Sequence record: OP946502.1 | From: Acinetobacter phage vB_AbaM_DLP2 | Strand: one strand, 5' to 3' | Length of the DNA stretch: 24,000 bases | Shown here: positions 16,204 through 23,469 of the stretch, in pieces | Numbering within the stretch: position 1 is the first letter of the stretch | Layout: every line of letters starts with the position of its first letter | Position numbers and translations under genes: made by a program | The notes under the pieces: model-generated | The model's database searches: none | The model's input: only the letters and a program-made list of their open reading frames with translations | Told to the model about the DNA's origin: nothing

Positions 16204-16245
16204 AAATTAGATGATTTGATTAATTTGATATATTACGAGGTTATT

Positions 16246-16560
16246 ATGTATGGACAAAATAGAGTAATATCAAGCTCGACAGGCGAGCATTGGATAGAAT
16301 ATTATCCATTTATAGCTACTGTGTTAAGAGGCAGATGTAATATTACTATTGACACACAATTCGTGCCTAAGATGTTACGATATCCACAAGGCAAAGAAGT
16401 TCTAGAATTTATAAATTCAGAAATAGCGGCACGCTCCCGAGCTCTGCTTGGGAAATCAGAAAATTCTCAATTCAATTATGGAGTGTTAGATTTAATGCAT
16501 AGTGTCTATCAGGAATGTAGAGCTAAATTTGTAGATTTTGATATGGAGGTAAGTCGATGA
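16246..16560 (+). CDS. hypothetical protein, 104 aa
   Basis: Start MYGQNRVISSSTGEHW has SD (GAGG-N5-ATG); the track's 16174 start would translate the hairpin region. Confidence 0.7.
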   Translation: MYGQNRVISSSTGEHWIEYYPFIATVLRGRCNITIDTQFVPKMLRYPQGKEVLEFINSEIAARSRALLGKSENSQFNYGVLDLMHSVYQECRAKFVDFDMEVSR

Positions 16561-16874
16561 GAGTTTACACATCGGCCGAAGAGTACACATATACTCAATC
16601 TATTGAAACTATGTTGTTCTTTATTGATGAAGTCAATGGCAAGTTCAATGTTGTTTGGAAACCTAATGTGTTAAATGCAATTCGTTTGCCTCGTTATGAC
16701 AGTTTCTTCAAAACGTTTGATATGTGTCGCACAAATGCACAAACAATTCTTAACGCTCGATGCAATAGTGAAACAGATTATCGTGTTATAGCACAGCTTC
16801 TTAATGAATCTATACATAACGAACGTTCAATCAATCAGTTATTAAACCAATGCCTGTGGGAGTTAGGCCTATGA
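16557..16874 (+). CDS. hypothetical protein, 105 aa
   Basis: ATGA-type overlap with previous gene. Confidence 0.65.
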   Translation: MRVYTSAEEYTYTQSIETMLFFIDEVNGKFNVVWKPNVLNAIRLPRYDSFFKTFDMCRTNAQTILNARCNSETDYRVIAQLLNESIHNERSINQLLNQCLWELGL

Positions 16875-17068
16875 ATATCTTCGAACAAATTAAAGTAGCA
16901 AATGAAAATTGTGAATCAATTGGTGAATACGTTAGCTTGTGGTATCGAGTTTTTGTAGCCCTATTAATCTGTATTCCTGTGTTGTTTTTAGCCGGATTTG
17001 TTACAGGTTGTATCATGTTTAAAAATCCTGTAATTGCCGGCACCGAAGTTATCAATGCAATGTTTTGA
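16871..17068 (+). CDS. small membrane protein, 65 aa
   Basis: MNIFEQIKVANENCESIGEYVSLWYRVFVALLICIPVLFLAGFVTGCIMF; ATGA overlap with previous gene. Confidence 0.65.
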   Translation: MNIFEQIKVANENCESIGEYVSLWYRVFVALLICIPVLFLAGFVTGCIMFKNPVIAGTEVINAMF

Positions 17069-17136
17069 ATATAACGTGTACGCCTAAAGTGATTCGTATT
17101 ACATTATACAATCTGAATTATAGTTAAGCTTTTGAT

Positions 17137-17166
17137 AAGGGATATGATATAATTGTCATATCCCTT
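17137..17166 (+). promoter_or_regulatory. 11-bp stem-loop with TGA-TATAAT at the stem/loop junction (terminator or operator)
   Basis: AAGGGATATGA-TATAATTG-TCATATCCCTT followed by TTGAGG. Confidence 0.6.
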
Positions 17167-17179
17167 TTGAGGCACAGAA

Positions 17180-17344
17180 ATGTTTGAAATATACTGCCCA
17201 CACTGCAATTCTGAACTTGACACGTCTGATTACTTTGAGCATTGGAGTCATGCCGATGAAGAATTCAAAGTCAATTGCGAATCCTGTTCAAAGGAACTAA
17301 CAATTAAAGCTATAGTGTCAGTTGATTATGATGTTATAGAATAA
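17180..17344 (+). CDS. zinc-ribbon-like small protein, 54 aa
   Basis: MFEIYCPHCNSELDTSDYFEHWSHADEEFKVNCESCSKELTIKAIVSVDYDVIE*; two CxxC pairs; below ORF-track cut-off. Confidence 0.75.
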   Translation: MFEIYCPHCNSELDTSDYFEHWSHADEEFKVNCESCSKELTIKAIVSVDYDVIE

Positions 17345-17365
17345 TCTCATCAATTTGGAGTTTAT

Positions 17366-18538
17366 ATGAAATTAGATTTTAGTCGTGACTTAACTGAATC
17401 CGAAATCGAATATCTCAAAACACTTTCACAAGAAGAATTGCTTGAACTTGAGCATGAATGTGAAAATTATATTACGTTATGTGATACCAATCAAATTAAT
17501 CGGAAGTTGCTCATTAATTCATTATACGGTGCACTCGGCAATATCTACTTTAGATTTTACGATCTTCGTAATGCAGAAGCGATTACTATTTTCGGACAAT
17601 TGGTCCTTCAATGGACAGAACGAAAAATTAATGCATACCTTAATGAAATGTGTGGAACAACTAATCATCCGTATGTAATTTATGGTGATACAGATTCATT
17701 GTATATTGAATTGAGTCCACTCATTGATAAAGTTGGCATTGAAAAATTTGCATCAACTGAAAAATTAGTTGACTTCTTGGATGCAGTAGGTTCAAAGAAA
17801 ATCGAACCGGTTATTAATGCAGGCTTCCAAGAACTGTGCGAATATCTTAACAACTATGAGCAATTAATGTTCATGGATCGTGAAGCTATTGCATGCCCAC
17901 CACTTGGTTCTAACGGCATCGGCGGATTCTGGCGAGCTAAGAAACGTTATGCATTAAATGTGTATGACATGGAAGGTACTCGTTTTAAAGAGCCATACTT
18001 AAAAATCATGGGCATGGAAACTCAACAATCATCTACACCTAAAGCGGTTAAAGATGCATTATTAGAAAGTATTCGAATCATGCTTCAAGAAGGTGAAAAG
18101 CCACTTCAAGACTATTTCAAGAAATTTGAAAATGAATTTAGAAATCTTGATTACAAAGTTATTGCAGGTGTAAGAACTGCAAATAACATTGCAAAATATG
18201 ATGATAATGGCTTCCCTGGATTGAAATGTCCTAGTCATATTCGTGGTGTTTTGACGTATCGACGTGCAATTAAGGCATTCGATAACTTACCGGATATTAG
18301 TGAAGGTGATAAAGTTATGATCTTGCCTTTGAAACCTGGAAATCCATTTGGCGACAAAGTTATTGCATGGCCATCAGGCAACGAACTTCCTAAAGAAATT
18401 CGTGAAGATGTTTTAAAACATGTTGACGTTATGTCATTGTTTACAAAAACATATAAGAAACCTTTGGAAGGTATGTGTGAATCTGCAGGTATGCAAGCAG
18501 AAAAACGTTCTTCATTAGAAGATTTATTTGACTTTTAA
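17366..18538 (+). CDS. 43B: family B DNA polymerase gp43, C-terminal fragment (gp43B-like)
   Basis: NRKLLINSLYGALGNIYFRFYDLRNAEAITIFGQ (motif B end), YVIYGDTDSLYIE (motif C), MDREAIACPPLGS, GGFWRAKKRYALNVYDMEG, KIMGMETQQSSTPKAV, HIRGVLTYRRA, GNPFGDKVIAWPSG, clamp-binding C-terminus SSLEDLFDF. Own SD GGAG-N5-ATG. Confidence 0.95.
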   Translation: MKLDFSRDLTESEIEYLKTLSQEELLELEHECENYITLCDTNQINRKLLINSLYGALGNIYFRFYDLRNAEAITIFGQLVLQWTERKINAYLNEMCGTTNHPYVIYGDTDSLYIELSPLIDKVGIEKFASTEKLVDFLDAVGSKKIEPVINAGFQELCEYLNNYEQLMFMDREAIACPPLGSNGIGGFWRAKKRYALNVYDMEGTRFKEPYLKIMGMETQQSSTPKAVKDALLESIRIMLQEGEKPLQDYFKKFENEFRNLDYKVIAGVRTANNIAKYDDNGFPGLKCPSHIRGVLTYRRAIKAFDNLPDISEGDKVMILPLKPGNPFGDKVIAWPSGNELPKEIREDVLKHVDVMSLFTKTYKKPLEGMCESAGMQAEKRSSLEDLFDF

Positions 18539-18543
18539 AAAAC

Positions 18544-18560
18544 GAGGGCTCTATGCCCTC
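18544..18560 (+). promoter_or_regulatory. intergenic hairpin
   Basis: GAGGGC-TCTAT-GCCCTC perfect 6-bp stem between gp43B stop and the next SD. Confidence 0.6.
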
Positions 18561-18572
18561 TAGAGGTAAGTT

Positions 18573-18875
18573 ATGAACAGTTTATTATGCAATCATGAAT
18601 TTAATTTCGACGCAGTATTGCTAAGTAGTCCACCTAAAGTTCGTTGTACTAAATGTAAAACTACTGTATCGGTAGATGAAGCTCGTGAATACCAGCTTTT
18701 TAGTACACCTATTCCCGCAATCACAGAATTAGAGAAACGTGAATTCTGGAAGGCTTGTGCATTGGCATATCTGCCTAATAGTACTATCATACGCGGACAA
18801 GACGGCATCACTTCTTCTGTTTCTGCTATCGCAGACAACATGGTCGAACATTTCGTAAATCGTTACGGCAAATGA
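18573..18875 (+). CDS. hypothetical protein with one CxxC motif, 100 aa
   Basis: KVRCTKCKTTVSVDEARE; SD AGAGG upstream. Confidence 0.65.
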   Translation: MNSLLCNHEFNFDAVLLSSPPKVRCTKCKTTVSVDEAREYQLFSTPIPAITELEKREFWKACALAYLPNSTIIRGQDGITSSVSAIADNMVEHFVNRYGK

Positions 18876-18896
18876 TTAAAATAGCGAAAGTTTTGT

Positions 18897-18925
18897 TTTA
18901 CTTTCGCTATTTTTGTTAGTATAAT
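18897..18925 (+). promoter_or_regulatory. sigma70-type promoter, TTTACT-N17-TATAAT
   Basis: -35 18897..18902, -10 18920..18925, spacer 17. Confidence 0.7.
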
Positions 18926-18963
18926 AGCTCTATCAAATAATTATTCCTAATGAGGAAATCGTC

Positions 18964-19275
18964 ATGAAAATTACTTACTATCCACATGCGTTAAATGTTA
19001 CACTAATCTCAGGTTCTGAAAAATCTGGTCCTGTAACAGTATACTTGCCAGAATGGGCTGCTCATGTAGCAGTCGACAAAGATGGAACTATTACCGCATT
19101 TAGTGATGAACCGATCCGACGTGCAGAAGATTGGGACAACTATCCAGGAACTGACTACGAAGTCATTGCTCAAGTTCAGGATGTTGTTAAACATTGGGAA
19201 GATACTTGTATCGCTATTGATCAACTTAACTATACTACAACCGAGTTAATTTTACTTAAAGGAGACGCCTCATGA
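18964..19275 (+). CDS. hypothetical protein, 103 aa
   Basis: SD GAGG before ATG; downstream of promoter. Confidence 0.7.
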   Translation: MKITYYPHALNVTLISGSEKSGPVTVYLPEWAAHVAVDKDGTITAFSDEPIRRAEDWDNYPGTDYEVIAQVQDVVKHWEDTCIAIDQLNYTTTELILLKGDAS

Positions 19276-19565
19276 GTCTCATATTTGGAAGTATCGTAGC
19301 GTTATTTTTGTCAATATTTCCTATTGCAATGGTAGTATTCTATAAGAGTTCTACTGTGATTACAGTCCTTGTAGTTATTCTAAACTTACTTGGCTTCGTT
19401 ACAATGGGCGTAACAGCATTTATTGCATTTATCATAGCTGCAATATCGATCGGTGTGATGAATACTTTAAAATCTATCGCATTTGCATTAGTCTTATTAC
19501 TAATTGTTGCTATAGCAGGTGTCGGTGACCTTGCAATTATCGCAAGCTTATTGGGAGCAATGTAA
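19272..19565 (+). CDS. integral membrane protein, 97 aa
   Basis: Nearly entirely hydrophobic, ATGA overlap with previous gene. Confidence 0.7.
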   Translation: MSLIFGSIVALFLSIFPIAMVVFYKSSTVITVLVVILNLLGFVTMGVTAFIAFIIAAISIGVMNTLKSIAFALVLLLIVAIAGVGDLAIIASLLGAM

Positions 19566-19918
19566 TGAAATTTGTATTGATTGCACTAGCGTTAGCTATT
19601 CCAAGTTTATCTTTTGCTGAAGATATACAAATGTGCAAAGGATGGGACAAACGATGTTTAGCTGATCAACAACGACGAATTGATTTAGAAGAAGATATGC
19701 AAAATCATCGCAAGATGCTTCAGACACATATTGATGATGCAGTAGAACGTGAGCGTCCTGTACTGGAGAAACTTCGTAATAAGCCACAAATGGATGCAGC
19801 AACTTTTGTAATTCACACTTGTCGCCAAATGGCAATCGATGAGACTGTTTTCCGGTTTGGCTATCTTAATTCAAAACACTATCGTACATTATTAGATACA
19901 TGCATGGGAGCCAAATAA
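19565..19918 (+). CDS. secreted/periplasmic protein with signal peptide, 117 aa
   Basis: MKFVLIALALAIPSLSFA|EDIQMCKGWDKRC...; four cysteines. Confidence 0.7.
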   Translation: MKFVLIALALAIPSLSFAEDIQMCKGWDKRCLADQQRRIDLEEDMQNHRKMLQTHIDDAVERERPVLEKLRNKPQMDAATFVIHTCRQMAIDETVFRFGYLNSKHYRTLLDTCMGAK

Positions 19919-19919
19919 A

Positions 19920-20372
19920 ATGACTGAAGCAGAAGTTTCAAAATTAAAACAGGTACATGAATTTGAAGTTAATCATTTGGCACATGCAAACATGGCACTG
20001 CAACAGAAATGTGAAGAATTGACTGATTTGCCTAAATATGATATTAACAAATTACCTGAAGGCCGAACACATATTGTACCTGAACGTATTGTTTGTGCTG
20101 CAAACCAGTACACAGATCACAATGGAAACAAAGTTGTAATTGCAGGTGTTCGCCATGCATGTGATGTGATGTATTCGTCATTTGTTGGACACAATAGCGG
20201 TGAAACAATCCTATACCGTGAAACAGAAGTACAAGGCTTCTTAACAAATAAACATCGATTTGTTGATCGCCAAGAAGCTTGGAAAATTGCGGCAGAGCAA
20301 CAGCAAATTGTTTGTCGTGTAGGTGGTGATACATCTAAAGGCGGAACATTGTATTCAGAGAATTTATACTAA
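19920..20372 (+). CDS. hypothetical protein, 150 aa
   Basis: ORF directly following the previous gene. Confidence 0.65.
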   Translation: MTEAEVSKLKQVHEFEVNHLAHANMALQQKCEELTDLPKYDINKLPEGRTHIVPERIVCAANQYTDHNGNKVVIAGVRHACDVMYSSFVGHNSGETILYRETEVQGFLTNKHRFVDRQEAWKIAAEQQQIVCRVGGDTSKGGTLYSENLY

Positions 20373-20695
20373 TGATTGACTTTAAAAAATTATTGAGCGA
20401 GACTCCACGTTTCATCAACCATGCAGAAGCTGAAGCTATTGTAACTGAAGCTGAGCACATTCTTAAAGATCGAATTATCAGCTCGCCTGATAATGAGATG
20501 TGGACTCATGTATACTTCAACGGCGAAAAAAGTGCAAGTGCAATAAAAGAGTTGTTTGAGTACATCGATACAAATTTTGTTCGAATGAATAAAACACAAC
20601 TCTCAATTCGTTTCACTAGAGAATTTGAACAAGGGCGCCATTATGAGCCAGCCAAAATTCACTTTTCTATAAGCAGATCAATTTTGAAAGATTGA
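20372..20695 (+). CDS. hypothetical protein, 107 aa
   Basis: TAATG overlap with previous gene. Confidence 0.65.
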   Translation: MIDFKKLLSETPRFINHAEAEAIVTEAEHILKDRIISSPDNEMWTHVYFNGEKSASAIKELFEYIDTNFVRMNKTQLSIRFTREFEQGRHYEPAKIHFSISRSILKD

Positions 20696-20704
20696 TGATA
20701 TAAT
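20696..20704 (+). promoter_or_regulatory. extended -10 promoter TGA-TATAAT upstream of the sugar-metabolism cluster
   Basis: TGATATAAT at 20696..20704, no clear -35. Confidence 0.45.
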
Positions 20705-20730
20705 AGTTCCATAATTTAGAGGTAAACATT

Positions 20731-21360
20731 ATGAGTATCAAATTAGCATTAGATGTAGTAGCGGCTCAACAACAGGCGCTTAAAATACTAGGCGATTTTA
20801 TTGCAGAAAATCAAGTGAAATATGAAAAGTTACTTGAAATTTTGAAGCCTGTGGCAGCATCAAATTATCGACAACGTATTATGATTACTGGCGTCGGCAA
20901 AAACTCAAACTTGGCCACTAAAGCATCAGAATCATTTGCGAGCCTTGGCATCCCGTCTATGTACTTAAATACATGTCATTACTCTCATGGCGATGCAGGT
21001 TTTATCGGGCATGATGATGTAGTTATTCATGTATCACGTTCCGGCAAAACAGATGAAATGCAATACATGGCAAAACATCTTCGCACAATCCGCCCTAATG
21101 TGACTCAAATCTTATTACACTGTAATACTAATTTAACCGATGAGCAAAAAGCACCATTTGATATGGAATTCGGTGTACCAAATATTGTAGAGTGTGATGT
21201 CAATCAACTGGCACCAACTACCAGCACTACGGTTCTATTAACGCTACTTGACACTATCGGCGTAACACTTTCAGATTATTTACAATTCACGCGCGAAGAC
21301 TTTTATTCTTACCATCCTGGTGGCTCATTAGGAGCTATGCTCAGAGCAGAATCTAAATAA
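20731..21360 (+). CDS. KpsF/KdsD/GutQ-like arabinose-5-phosphate isomerase (SIS domain), 209 aa
   Basis: RIMITGVGKNSNLATKASESFASLGIPSMYLNTCHYSHGDAGFIGHDDVVIHVSRSGKTDEM...TTSTTVLLTLLDTIGVTLSDYLQFTREDFYSYHPGGSLG; matches GxGKS..., HGDxG, SxSGxTxE, HPGGxLG signatures. Confidence 0.9.
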   Translation: MSIKLALDVVAAQQQALKILGDFIAENQVKYEKLLEILKPVAASNYRQRIMITGVGKNSNLATKASESFASLGIPSMYLNTCHYSHGDAGFIGHDDVVIHVSRSGKTDEMQYMAKHLRTIRPNVTQILLHCNTNLTDEQKAPFDMEFGVPNIVECDVNQLAPTTSTTVLLTLLDTIGVTLSDYLQFTREDFYSYHPGGSLGAMLRAESK

Positions 21361-21377
21361 GCATTGTACTTTAATTG

Positions 21378-21411
21378 AGAGTTGTGATATTATAAGTTGT
21401 ATCACAACTCT
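21378..21411 (+). promoter_or_regulatory. 12-bp perfect stem-loop between the isomerase and fusion genes (terminator/attenuator-like)
   Basis: AGAGTTGTGATA-TTATAAGTTG-TATCACAACTCT followed by TTT. Confidence 0.65.
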
Positions 21412-21427
21412 TTTAGGATTTTTAATT

Positions 21428-23089
21428 ATGAAAAAAGCGGTTATTTTAGGTGCAGGCTTAGCTACTCGTTTGTATCCTATCACACATCATATTCCTAAAG
21501 TTTTGGTGAACTACAAACAACATACAATTCTACATCATTTGCATGGCATCTACAAAAAATTAGGTGCAGATGAAATTATTGTGGTTGTACATAGCAAATT
21601 TGCAGAACAAGTACGTGAGTATGCAAAGGTTTTCAAGTTAGACATAATTGTTGAAACTGTTGATGAAGCTTATGGCTCGGCTTATGCAATTTCTCGAATT
21701 TCTCATTTGATCAATCTGCATAATGTAGTATTCAATTGGTGTGATGTCATTCCACAATTTGATGCATTCTCATGGAATAGCAATTCGGTTTATACATTTG
21801 GTGATGAATGCCGATATAATTTTGATGGCAAAACATTAACTGAAACTGGTGGTACAGGTGGTAATGTTGTCGGCATCTATCAATTTAAAGATTTCTTTAT
21901 TAGTAACTTTGATGATAAAGATGAAGCGAACGAATTCTTCAAAGGGCGTGATTTTGTAGAATTGCTTGATGCAAAAAATATGTATCAAGAAGAATTGATT
22001 AATCTTATTGATCTTGGTGATAAACCAAAACTCCAACACGCACATCGTCACCGTGAATTAAATCGAGAATTTAATTCAATTACAATAGCAAATGATGTTG
22101 TGTATAAAACTGCATTGAATGAAAAGGGGCGAGAACTTCAACGTGAAGAACTTGCATGGTACGATAGTGTAGAAAGTGATGCGGTGCCAAAAATCATTGA
22201 TCGACGTGATTTTGGTGAATATACGTCTTTTAAAATGGAACGAATTAAAGGTGTTCCAATGTTTGAGGCATATAAACCAGAAATGCTCACAGAAATTCTT
22301 GAAACACTTAAGTTCCCTAAAATGAATGAATTCACATCACGTGAACAAATCGCTGAAGACTATCGTTATGAAGTCGTTGATAAAGTTTTAGCTCGTTGTA
22401 ATGAAATTAAAGGGCTAATACAATCATTTGGAGATATTCAATATGTGAATCATCATAAAATTGGACGTTTAGAAACTATGCTTGAACAAGCATACGCCCA
22501 TTTAATGTATGAAGCCTCTGACAAAGATTACTATGTTATTCATGGCGACCCGAACTTTAGTAACTTGATGTTAGATGATAAAGGCAAAGTTCGTTTGATT
22601 GATCCACGTGGATACTTTGGCAAAACAAAAATTTATGGTCCACGAATTTATGATGAAGCTAAAGTATTTTATGCATTAACTGGTTATGATAAATTTAATG
22701 CGGATCCTATGTGGGGTGGATTATCGATTGTCGGCGATTCAGCTATTGTGAATATTGAGCCATTAGGCTTGACAAATGTTGATGCAGAACCATTTAATGA
22801 GTATCATCATTTATGGGTTGCTGTTATTTGGATCGCGCTTGCGGGATATTTCAAAAACAATCCACTTAAAGCTGTAAGTGCATACTACTATGGCATGTAT
22901 TTGTTATCGAAAACACTTAGTCGCATGGGACGACGCCTTCAGGATGGTTCAGTAGCGTATGACACAGGATTAGTCAGAGCTACATTGACAACCAAAAATC
23001 CTGATAAATGGCTCTTAATTGATTTAGAAACCGGTGAAAAATATCGTCCAAATAAATTCGTTGATGGTATGCATTGGGAGAAACTTTAA
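21428..23089 (+). CDS. bifunctional sugar-phosphate nucleotidyltransferase / APH-type kinase fusion, 553 aa
   Basis: N-terminus MKKAVILGAGLATRLYPITHHIPKVLV (NTP_transferase GxGxRxxPxT...PK); C-terminus YYVIHGDPNFSNLMLDDKGKVRLIDPRGYFG (HGDxxxxN plus IDP motif of APH/choline-kinase-like enzymes). Confidence 0.88.
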   Translation: MKKAVILGAGLATRLYPITHHIPKVLVNYKQHTILHHLHGIYKKLGADEIIVVVHSKFAEQVREYAKVFKLDIIVETVDEAYGSAYAISRISHLINLHNVVFNWCDVIPQFDAFSWNSNSVYTFGDECRYNFDGKTLTETGGTGGNVVGIYQFKDFFISNFDDKDEANEFFKGRDFVELLDAKNMYQEELINLIDLGDKPKLQHAHRHRELNREFNSITIANDVVYKTALNEKGRELQREELAWYDSVESDAVPKIIDRRDFGEYTSFKMERIKGVPMFEAYKPEMLTEILETLKFPKMNEFTSREQIAEDYRYEVVDKVLARCNEIKGLIQSFGDIQYVNHHKIGRLETMLEQAYAHLMYEASDKDYYVIHGDPNFSNLMLDDKGKVRLIDPRGYFGKTKIYGPRIYDEAKVFYALTGYDKFNADPMWGGLSIVGDSAIVNIEPLGLTNVDAEPFNEYHHLWVAVIWIALAGYFKNNPLKAVSAYYYGMYLLSKTLSRMGRRLQDGSVAYDTGLVRATLTTKNPDKWLLIDLETGEKYRPNKFVDGMHWEKL

Positions 23090-23469
23090 TGACTGGTGCA
23101 AAACATTTTTGCATAGATATCGATAACACCATTACTGTCTGGAATGATAATCGAGATTATGAGAATTTCGTTCCAGACCAACAGATGGTCGATACTATTA
23201 ATTCGTTATATGATCAAGGGCATACAATCACACTGTTCACAGCCAGAGGCATGAAGTCAGTAGGCCCAGAATTAATTGATTCGATTATCTTACCACCTTT
23301 AATAAAAAATCTCAAGAAAATCGGATTGAAATATCACCACTTAATAACTCATAAGCCGGTTTATGACTGGATCATTGATGATAAGGCGTTGAACCCTAAA
23401 GAATTCAAAGATGCTTTTCTAAAAAATGAGTTATTATCTAAACAACCATATGTCCCAGAGGTGAATTGA
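23074..23469 (+). CDS. HAD-superfamily phosphatase, 131 aa
   Basis: HFCIDIDNTITVWNDNRDYENFVPDQQMVDTINSLYDQGHTITLFTARGM (DxDNT and T-A-R-G motifs), DWIIDDKAL. Confidence 0.82.
   Translation: MGETLMTGAKHFCIDIDNTITVWNDNRDYENFVPDQQMVDTINSLYDQGHTITLFTARGMKSVGPELIDSIILPPLIKNLKKIGLKYHHLITHKPVYDWIIDDKALNPKEFKDAFLKNELLSKQPYVPEVN

Noticed and set aside
16174-16245. Upstream extension MLLRSRRCAPKLDDL... of the 128-aa ORF
   Set aside because: It would translate the GC-rich palindromes and lacks an SD. ATG at 16246 has a good SD.
21836-22335. Minus-strand ORFs within the 553-aa fusion gene
   Set aside because: Antisense to a conserved enzyme and with typical low-complexity antisense composition.
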